Of a DNA stretch of 64,000 nt, positions 53,770 through 64,000 are shown in pieces. A program made the position numbers and the translations under genes. Positions within the stretch are counted from its first letter, which is position 1; each line of letters starts with the position of its first letter. The notes below the pieces were generated by a model. That model searched no databases and was not told the origin of the DNA. It saw only the letters and a program-made list of their open reading frames with translations. The stretch is from Eledone cirrhosa (Eukaryota): positions 342,922,001 to 342,986,000 of the forward strand of contig OZ024743.1 of assembly GCA_964016885.1 (NCBI GenBank), written 5' to 3'.

Positions 53770-54957
53770 TATGTATATATATGGAGGGGGTTATCCTCTT
53801 CTTACACAGAAACATATAGAGATAGCCTTTAAAGTTTAATAAGTTCTTGGCTTCTTATCAGAAGATAAGCACCTTTACATTTTCGCCTACATCTATGGTC
53901 ATCTCGTTTTATTATCGATATAGTGTATGTAAGACCACATTATAGTTGCAGTTTCTAGTAGTCCTTGTTAGCTCATAAAACGTATTTTGTTATTACTGGC
54001 TTTGTTGTTAATTTCTACCGTTTTCAGAGCATTGGATTGGTAAAATTGATAGAGCGTGAACTGAAAGAGTCGGTAGAAGTTTGGACTTGCAGTGTCGGCA
54101 ATGGAGAAATTATATTTTCTCGTGTTTAGTTAGATCTCGTTAGGTTCTAAATTCAAATAGCGCCTAAGTTGACCTTGCTTTACATTTCCCGAGATTAAGT
54201 TAATAAAATAAAAACACTAACAAATAGTGAGGTGTGCGTTCTATTTAACCGACTGGCATTTACTCCTAGAAATGTCAGCCTTGTGTCAATGTCAGAAATC
54301 CTTATTTTCTACCTCATTCATTGTATAAATACATATTGAAATTGATCTTATAGTGATTCTGACGATTTTAGGATCCCTTGGGCTTCAATACAATACTACA
54401 ACAGATCTGTCAACTCCACCTAGTTTGGGGTGGGTGAGAGATGTCTTCTTTTGTGAAAATGGGTATAGCTTTCATTATGTAAAATTTCCCCATTTTGCCT
54501 CATTTTTCCGTTTTGGTAGCACTTTTTTTCATGATACTTCCCGTTTAGGTCTTTAGAGGTTGGCGGGTCTGCTACTAGCTGAAAAATGTTTTTAGTAACT
54601 AGGAAAGAAGACAAGATCATGGTACTAGTGTATATAATAGCTTGTGCAGTAATTGAGAATTTACAGTTAAAATATGTACTGACAAGTTTGTGGGTAAACA
54701 CATGGTTACAAAAAATACACGATAGAAGAGCAAGTGGTGAAATATAATAACGAATTATACAGCACTCTTGTAGCAAGTATCATTGAACTGTAACTATACT
54801 TCCTGCTCATTTACACTTTATGTATGTGGATGGCCTTAACGAAACATAACTGCTATTATATAACAGTTTCACAATACCGAATTACGTTCGTTTAATTTCA
54901 TTTGAAAAAATTATAATGAAAGTAAATAAATAAAACGAATAAAGAAATAGTACTTAC

Positions 54958-55231
54958 GGTATTTTCCAGGTGCAATTTCTTTATCGCAGTCATCATAGTG
55001 GCTGTTCTTGAATACACAGACTTGGTGAGCTTGAGAAAAGACAGTACCTTTACCACAGGATAGTTTTATTGGAGGGGCAATGTTAACACAACTGTAGAAC
55101 TCACTGCAGTTGGTAGGATTTCTTACGTAATAAAACCCCACTTCTCCTGAGTCTGTGTTACAAATTTCTGTCATATTTTGGCATTCTATGGCAACAATTA
55201 GCCAGAAAATCACTGACATGAGACGATACAT
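54958..55231 (-). CDS. Secreted chitin-binding protein, gene 2 exon 1 (signal peptide + CBM14 domain 1)
   Basis: [17 protein letters not shown] signal; [29 protein letters not shown]; donor GTAAGT at 54957, phase 1. Confidence 0.85.
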
Positions 55232-55377
55232 AGTTTCAGATTGTGTTGGAAAAGAGATGAGATCAAGGACGATAAATTGTAACGTTTCGATACTGGTTGA
55301 CTCAGTGAATCAAAGCCGAGTATATATACATATTGTCATCGTGTATATATACGTACGTACGTATGTATGTATGTATG

Positions 55378-55450
<73 letters not shown>

Positions 55451-55667
55451 TTCTTTGTGTATGTATGTATGGAAGTATGTATGTATGTATGCTTATATAT
55501 ATATATATATTGCGCGTTTGTTTGTTTCCGTGTACATGTGTGTGTTTGTGTGCGTGCGTATGCCAGTACACATATATCCTGTGCACACCTCAATAATACA
55601 CAATTTAATCATCAAAACAATGAACATCGATTACACAGAAAATTGTCATTATTTTATTTTAAGCATA

Positions 55668-55747
<80 letters not shown>

Positions 55748-55761
55748 TTTATATATATAAA

Positions 55762-55855
<94 letters not shown>

Positions 55856-55908
55856 TATATACATATATATATACATATGTATATATATATATACATATAT
55901 TTATAAAT

Positions 55909-55962
<54 letters not shown>

Positions 55963-56000
55963 CAACGAAACTATATATATATATATATATATGTCAACGA

Positions 56001-56031
<31 letters not shown>

Positions 56032-56589
56032 CTGGTGTATATGTATGCCCATAAAAGCCTACACATTATGCATATCTATACTTATATATACATTCATTAC
56101 ATCTACACACAAGTACGGGCGCACAAACATCCATATATAGAGAGGAACAGAGATATACAGCCAGAAAGATAGAAAGCTAGAGAAAAACTCGGGGACATAA
56201 TTTATGCAATATCAATGTTTATAGATTGCTTAAAGTTTGTGTGTGAAGGGAAATGGTATTGCTTCCGATTTTATATACATATTTAACCAGTATTAATCAG
56301 TATATTTCAAATATTAACTTTTTTCCACACAAATTAATAATAGGATGATATTTAGGAATAGTTTTACTTTCCCTTTACGTCTGTTTATTATCTCTTTTTA
56401 TCCTTAATTTAAAGTAAATCTTAGAGAAAATGTCAAACCCATTAGGTAAGCATGTTTATTTTAACGACCTCACCTTCTTCCGCTAATTTTGTTTTCTTTC
56501 TGGTCGCTTATCAATTAACTCTAGTTAAGTATTTCTGTATATCTATTTGATATGTGTGTGTGTGTGTGTATGTGTGTGTGCGTGCGCGC

Positions 56590-56624
<35 letters not shown>

Positions 56625-56726
56625 CATACATACATACACATACGGGCATACATACATGTATATATATGTATAAATGTATATCTCTCTCCCACTCTCTCCT
56701 CTTTCTCTCTCTCCCTCTCTCTTTCT

Positions 56727-56813
<87 letters not shown>

Positions 56814-56815
56814 AT

Positions 56816-56847
<32 letters not shown>

Positions 56848-56985
56848 GGCAAAATGGATATTCCATTTGTTGGTAATTCAACAAATATACATGTTTATAA
56901 CTGATTCAAAGCACTCGACAAGTTTTCTGGAGTATAATATACAATGATATTAAATAAATGGAAACTATATTTATAAAACCATATT

Positions 56986-57046
56986 TATTCTATTATATAT
57001 ATTTCAAGGGTACGAAAAATTTGGTACGCTCTCATCAGATAAAATA
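56986..57046 (-). ncRNA. Minimal type I hammerhead (intact core)
   Basis: Minus strand: TATTTTAT CTGATGA GAGCGTAC..GTACCCTT GAAA TATATA TA ATAGAATA. Confidence 0.65.
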
Positions 57047-57295
57047 CAAAGTTTGTTTTATAAATATTGACATAACCAGGAAAAAATAACTAAGGAAGTG
57101 TGGTAAGGAACCAGGTGGACCATAACGCACCAGATTACTCAATACTTAGGGTAGTAGAGTGGGTAATAGGAAAATGTTCAAGACCCCGACGGCAGAGCTC
57201 GACCCGTTTCGACGGCTATTTCAGTCCAGAAATAGCAATCAAAACGGCTCGCGCTGCCGTCGGGGTCTTGAACATTTTCCTATATATATATATAT

Positions 57296-57336
<41 letters not shown>

Positions 57337-57419
57337 GAGAGAGAAATAGATTGATAGTTATGTGTGTATTGATATACGGCGTAAGCACATGTTAGTAGCT
57401 AATATATATATATATATAT

Positions 57420-57815
57420 ATTAGAAAGTGAGGTTTTTTTTACAAAATGAAAAATAACCGAGGTGTCCTACACGAGTGAAAGTATAAAGAAAAAAAGATG
57501 AAATCGAAAATGCAACTGGAGTCTTATTTTTTTTTAAAATATATATATTTATTTGGTTCCTTTACCCGTTTCGCAGTTCTTCTGCTTTTTAAAAGTAGAG
57601 TTGAGATGGAGTGTCTGTGGTACCCGTTTCGCAGTTCTTCTGCTTTTTAAAAGTAGAGTTGAGATGGAGTGTCTGTGGAAACCACAGACACTCCATCTCA
57701 ACTCTACTTTTAAAAAGCAGAAGAACTGCGAAACGGGTAAAGGAACAGAATAAATATATATATTTTTTTTTAAAATAAGACTCCAGTTGCATTTTCGATT
57801 TCATTTTTTTTCTTT
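57420..57815. mobile_element. Inverted/tandem pLTR-like repeat (family of 11934-12240)
   Basis: Shares ~190 bp with 11934-12120; fold-back at ~57680; three U3-A8-type hammerhead remnants. Confidence 0.7.
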
Positions 57816-58193
57816 ATATATATATATAAATGGCAAAAAATGAAACGAAATTTCATTTCTCACTCTTAGTACGGCTGGTACTTAAATATAAGTTTGTATA
57901 CGTACAGACGTACAGTAGTATGTATATATACATACATGCACACATATACGTTGCTGACGATAGCTAATAAGCTTGAAACTAGTACAGCGTTCCTTTGTCA
58001 GTGTTGAACAAATGAGCAACGATGGTTGCTAGACACTGTACGGCTTAATTCGGGATGTTTGTTTACAAACACACCGGGCATTATAATAAATGTTCGGTGA
58101 ATCCATACGTACATATATATATGTGTGCATGTATGTATATATATATACATACTACTGTACGTCTGTATACATATATGTATGTACGTATACATA

Positions 58194-58265
<72 letters not shown>

Positions 58266-58272
<7 letters not shown>

Positions 58273-59258
58273 ATACTTTGGGAGGGTCATGTTGCCAATA
58301 AGAAACACACGCACCAGTTGCTTTCACTTCAATTTATTATATATTTATAAATTTATAAATTTACAAATTTACAAACTTATAAATTTCTGGTTGGTTGGTT
58401 GGTTCCACAACCAGATAGTTGTTTATATATAGTCATAGTCCTTTCGTCACACACTCTGTGACCTCTTCAGTGACTGGGGATTCCTTTCTTTGTTTCTGTG
58501 CCTTTCCTTTCTTCTATCCTACGCCATTTTTTTCTGTGTGTGTTGTGTGCTCAGTTTGCGCATGCGCCACATCCGGGTGTCTGTGTGTGTTTGTGTTCAT
58601 TTATCTATTTGTTTATTTATTTATTTATTTATTGTTGGTTGGTTGTTTGTTCTATGTGTGTGTGTGTTTTCATTTTGTCCTGTGTGTGTTTTCATTTTGT
58701 CCTTAATTGTAAGTTGTGATGTTGCTGTTTCTGTTATGAGTGGAACAGCAACATCAAAACAGCAACATCACAACTTACAATTAAGGACAAAATGAAAACA
58801 CACACACACATAGAACAAACAACCAACCAACAATAAATAAATAAATAAATAAACAAATAGATAAATGAACACAAACACACACAGACACCCGGATGTGGCG
58901 CATGCGCAAACTGAGCACACAACACACACACAGAAAAAAATGGCGTAGGATAGAAGAAAGGAAAGGCACAGAAACAAAGAAAGGAATCCCCAGTCACTGA
59001 AGAGATCACAGAGTGTGTGACGAAAGGACTATGACTATATATAAACAACTATCTGGTTGTGGAACCAACCAACCAACCAGAAATTTATAAGTTTGTAAAT
59101 TTGTAAATTTATAAATTTATAAATATATAATAAATTGAAGTGAAACAACTGGTGCGTGTGTTTCTTATTGGCAACATGACCCTCCCAAAGTATAACAATA
59201 TCGGTTTCAACACACGATTTCAGATAAAGAATCTTGCTAAACAAATTCAGAAACGAAA
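58266..59258. mobile_element. Inverted pair of PLE pLTRs (~470-bp arms), each with a hammerhead
   Basis: Both arms match 17520-17970; hammerheads at 58431-58475 (-) and 58992-59036 (+); (TA)n flanks. Confidence 0.9.
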
Positions 59259-59277
59259 TATATATATATATATATAT

Positions 59278-59509
59278 ATTAGCTACTAACGTGTGCTTAC
59301 GCCGTATTTGACTAAATAGAATTAGTCTGTATTGCTGTACATGGGACACGAACGAACCCACATCTTTGGTTTGCCGGACCAAAGTGAGTTCGTGTCCTAT
59401 GTACGTCAATACTCATCCTTTTTTTCTATTCAGAGGGTTTTTTTTAATCCCAACTAACAGACTAATTGTATTTAGTCAAATATGGCGTAAGCACATGTTA
59501 CTACCTAAT
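59278..59509. mobile_element. MITE-like element with ~52-bp TIRs
   Basis: ATTAGCTACTAACGTGTGCTTACGCC... is inverted at the other end; another terminus at ~57372-57403. Confidence 0.65.
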
Positions 59510-59588
59510 TTTTAACTTCGCGAACAATTTCTAAACAAAGCCTGCTTTATGTCTCCCTATTTATATATACGCACACACACACACACAC

Positions 59589-59688
<100 letters not shown>

Positions 59689-60133
59689 AGTTAGAAGGAA
59701 CACATATATATTTAAACATAATCATAGGTACTTATATGAGGTTAGCCTACCTTCAACAGAGTGACTCAATGAATGAATAATTTAAATAAATAATTATTAA
59801 TCAGAGCTATATAAAATTAGAAGTTTGAAGAAGTGATAGATAATGTTTACCAATATTTCTTTAGCTGCGACTGTCGACAGTTTCGCTTGTACTTAGTTGC
59901 AATGTGTAATCGTTGCAATATCCATGAGGCTTCAAGCTTATCATTTAAGACCGTTTTTTTTTCCAAAGTGATCGGAGCTAAAGGAATATTGGTAAACGTT
60001 TATGTATTATTTCTTCAAACTTACATTTTAAACTTAGCTCCGTTTAATTGATTATTTATTTAGTTAATTCCTACGGACTAAGAAGAAAAATTAGGTAAAT
60101 TTTATGTGTTTGTTCTTCAAACTTATAGTTCTA

Positions 60134-60189
<56 letters not shown>

Positions 60190-60192
<3 letters not shown>

Positions 60193-61215
60193 AACAAGGC
60201 CATCTTTGACAGAGCGGTACCTTACTATAACACTGCGGCGTTAACCAACAGCGGCTTCTCCGATCATTTTTTTTACTCCTCTCTTAATTACACTACCAAT
60301 AGAAAGAAAAATAGAAATAAAATAATAATTTGGTTCTGCCGACCCTTGGAGTTAGAGCTAATGTGGATAAGAAATGTTTAGCGCTCCTAGACAAGCACTT
60401 CCCTATAGGGCATAGATACAGATCTATCTTTAATAGACACAGGGTGAAACTAAGATATTCCTTTAATATGAAAGCCCACATCACCAAGAGCTCTTCCCCA
60501 CCCGGATACGCTTGCAGATAGCCGAAATCCTGCCTTCTTCAACAACATTGTAATACACCCGCAGTCGTCTATGAGGCTGAAGTTACATACATTCAGCCGA
60601 ATCAACAGCAGGAGATCAACACATATCTAGGTAGGTCGGACGGCCGGTTTAGTGAACGCCTCCTTAACCATCATACGACCTTTAGACACTCTGAAAAGCG
60701 ATCGTCCACGGAGTTGGCAGGCCACGTATGGTCACTCAAGGATGCAGACGTGAATTTCTCCATTCAATGGAAGTTATCACCATATCGAGGCCATACGGAA
60801 TGGAGTGCTGTCCTGTAAGTTGTGCATCGATGAAAGAGCAAATATCTTACAAAGGTTACATAACTTTACTTGACTTACACGAGAGCTGTTTTCTTTAATC
60901 GCTGTCCCCATGCTGCGAAATTCCTATTAAGTAACTGGAGGACGCAGAATAACCAGAAGTTTAACCCGGACTGAACTACCATAAGCGATCTTTCTTCAAA
61001 GGTTGCTCCCTACAATAGAGTAATTGAATTGACTCCCTTGTCATTAAACTACCGATATCTGCCATGCAGGATCCAGTAAACCCATAAATACTTCCGTTCT
61101 CACTATAACCATAAAGGAGTTAAAGAATCCTTCGGGTGAAACACGTGTTCTCGCATATGGTTTTATAATATGGGCTCTACCAGCATCGGATATAACCTCC
61201 CGGTTTTTACCACCA
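60190..61215 (+). pseudogene. Penelope-like element 3' fragment (GIY-YIG; Nematis-like)
   Basis: IIWF, LLDKHFP..H.YRSIFNRH.VKLRYS, VVYEAEV, YLG..GRFSER..NH..TF, STELAGHVWSLK, CKLC. Confidence 0.75.
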
Positions 61216-61231
61216 TATATATATACATACA

Positions 61232-61885
61232 CACTGTGCAGGATCTATGGAGAGAGAGAGGGGACTGTGGCTCACATTGTATCCGAGTGTAAACACCTAG
61301 CTCAGACTCACTATAAAGGCTGGAGACATGATGTGATAGGCAGGGTGATCCACTGGCATCTATGCAAAGTAAACAATTTACCACATTCTGAGAAGTGGTA
61401 TGAGCATAAGCCAGAGTCGGTGATAGAAAATGATCAGGTGAAGGTGCTATGGGATTTTAGGATACAGACAGACATAAATTAGAACACAATAGGCCTGACC
61501 TGGTGGTTTTGGACAAGGAAAAAAGATCGTGCCTGATTGTAGATGTAGCCTGCCCATTTGACACGAGAGTGCAAGAAAAGGAGAGGGAGAGAATTAACCG
61601 ATACCAGGACTTAAAGTGGGAGTTAAAAAGGATTTGGAACGGCCATGAAGTCAAAGTGGTCCCGATTGTCATAGGCGCACTAGGTACTATCTCAAAAAGT
61701 TTCCAAGGATGGTTAAAGAAGATTAGTCCAGCCCCGCTTTTTGGAACACTTCAAAAGGCATGCTTGCTGGGAACAGCAAGAACCCTCCGATACGTCCTGA
61801 ATATCTGAGGCTGCAGGTAGCGGATTGATATTCATATCAACAAACTTTCCAGTTAAATAACATCAATGACTGAGACTCAAAGAAC

Positions 61886-61951
<66 letters not shown>
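61232..61951 (+). mobile_element. R4/Dong-like LINE 3' fragment (copy 5) with a (TAA)n tail
   Basis: HIVSEC, RHD, DVACPFD, GTARTLRYVLNI; 3' UTR then (AAT)n. Confidence 0.9.
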
Positions 61952-61952
<1 letters not shown>

Positions 61953-62458
61953 GAGTATAACCGAAGTCGCGGCTGCGAGTAGCAGATTCGCAATCGCTTT
62001 TCGAAGGTTGTCATGAAGCACTCAATGAGAGAGTAAGCAATAAATCACTCCTCAGAGTACTCACAATAAGTGAATAAATTCCTTTGTTCACATTTTGAAT
62101 GTACGCTCCAAAACCCGGATATGAACTTCCTTTTTTTATTGAGAAAGAACACGTGACCTCACTGCCAAATTTACTACTACAGTCGTAAGGCAATGTTGTC
62201 TCTTAAGCCTTAGAAAGTGGATACTGGAACGAAAGACCTGTTGACGAAGGGAAATCCCCGTTCCATCTTAGGATACATTACTGACTTGCATATACATTAT
62301 GCAACTTGGAGTGTAGCTTCCGAATTTCCCAGAAACCTTTCGAAGATATTTGTCAATCGATATCTAATATCTATCGATCAGGTCCAGGTTCGTCATTAAC
62401 CAGTCTGTACCAAATTTTTGGAACTACCAATATTGGGAGTTCCAAATGAACACCACCA

Positions 62459-62643
62459 CGGTGGATTGGCAGTATCGGTAGAGGGTCGGACGCCATGCTT
62501 TCCAGCATAGTTACGTCCCTTTACGATCTGAGTTCAAATCCCGCCGAGGTTGACTTTGCCTTTCATCCTTACGGGGTCGATAAAATAAAGTACCAGTAAT
62601 GCACTGGGTAATTGCTGACCTTGTGCCTAAAGTAGAAACAAAT
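62459..62643 (+). mobile_element. tRNA-derived SINE
   Basis: Near-identical to 41158-41341. Confidence 0.88.
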
Positions 62644-62940
62644 ATTGAAAGAACATTGCTCTCTCTTCAGGGAAGAGTTCTTTGGAATAAACGGAGATAT
62701 TGCTCATAAAGTATACAAACTATTGCCTAAATCACATGTTGTCCAAAACGTTACGTAGTTGAACTACTAAATGAACAAATCTCTTTGTATATATTAGGAC
62801 AATACGACAGAAATAACAACAGAAAACCGTCTAAATCTACTCTACAATGAAGGAGTGGTTAACATAAATTTACAAAAAAATATTTGTCTCTAATACTTAG
62901 ACATTTTAACGAATGGATAAAATAATATATATTTAAATTC

Positions 62941-63130
62941 ATAATTGTTTCTACTTTTGGCACAAGTCCAGCACATACCCAGTGTATTACTGGTACTTTA
63001 TTTTATGGACCCCATCAGGATGAAAGGCAAAGTTACCCTCGGCGGGATTTGAACTCAGAATGGCAAGGGCCGTAACACTATGCGTCAAAGCATGGCGTCC
63101 GACCCTCTACCGATACTGCCAATCCACCGC
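62941..63130 (-). mobile_element. tRNA-derived SINE
   Basis: Reverse complement of the same family. Confidence 0.85.
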
Positions 63131-64000
63131 TCTATATTTAAATTCATAATGCAACTTATTTCATTGCCACCACCTTCAGAAGCTGCAGAAACAGTTTTGT
63201 TCTTTCTCAACAACATAAAAACAAAAACTCGCAATGCTTTTAAAATATCAACATTAAATGTCCCGCAAAATTTAAAGTCTCTGCAGCAACATGTTAACTG
63301 CATTCAGTGGCATCCACAACGACCTTGTCTCAAACTGCAAGAAACTGGTACAATAACAAAAGTGTTGAAGAAGACATATCTTTTGAATTAAAATATATAA
63401 AGTAAATGTTAAGCATTTTCTATTTTTAGCATTTGTGTGGGTTTCATCAGCAGCAGTAGCAGCACTGTTAAACATGCATTTTTCCATGCAAGTGTGGGTT
63501 AGACGAGTTGTCACGTTGTGAGACAAGTCAGATCAAATGACCGTGTATTGCTTATATAGAACTGTTTCTGGCTTTGTTTCTACAGTTGGATACCAATCCT
63601 AACGCTAACCACATTTACTGTGTGGAGTGGTTGCTTTTTATCGTGGCACCAACACGACCACTTTACAGTGTGGACTGGGCGCTTTGTGTGGTGGGACCAA
63701 AACGACTACTTTACAGTGTGGACTGGGGGCTGGGATGAGGAAGGTGCGTGTATGTAGGGTGAGGACTGGAAAGGTCGGTCTGGGTGGGGTCCTTAGCTGG
63801 TGATGACTGGAGTGTTATGACGTGGGAGGTGTATGGAAGGGGATAATTGGATTTGGTACGTTTTTGTACATTTTGGTACTTTTTAAATAAAGTTTCTACA
63901 ACCTTGGTTCCACCATGCTGTCTACATTTACCCTATCTGGAGAAGCAACGCGACGCCGGGAAATCTCTTGAGTAGCAAGCTACTAGATCAGTTAAAATAA

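Noticed and set aside
61955-63540. Possible exon or transposase (61955-62455) and APE endonuclease remnant (63170-63540)
   Set aside because: No recognisable domain or splice support beyond a weak ISTLNV/LQET match.

Overview
AT-rich, microsatellite-dense eukaryotic (animal) DNA. Its repeat repertoire resembles that of octopod cephalopods; this is an inference. Most short ORFs in the supplied track are microsatellite artefacts. I can support only two host genes: a convergent pair of paralogous two-exon genes, each encoding a small secreted protein with two peritrophin-A/CBM14 chitin-binding domains. Gene 1 is on +, 21822-22104 and 33104-33288, 155 aa. Gene 2 is on -, 55231-54958 and 39242-39070, 148 aa. 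Each has one 11-16 kb phase-1 intron filled with retroelements. The rest is mobile DNA: (1) a three-LTR Gypsy composite, LTR-A / gag-pol / PPT-LTR-B-PBS / non-coding / PPT-LTR-A; (2) R4/Dong-like RLE LINEs stacked in (TAA)n; (3) two further R4-like LINE families and a structured ~330-nt non-coding element stacked in (CATA)n; (4) Penelope-like elements and many non-autonomous inverted or tandem pLTR-type repeats, with at least a dozen hammerhead-ribozyme motifs including a U3-A8 covariant; (5) CRE and RTE fragments, many tRNA-derived SINEs, Helitron-like elements and MITEs. All folds and alignments were done by eye.
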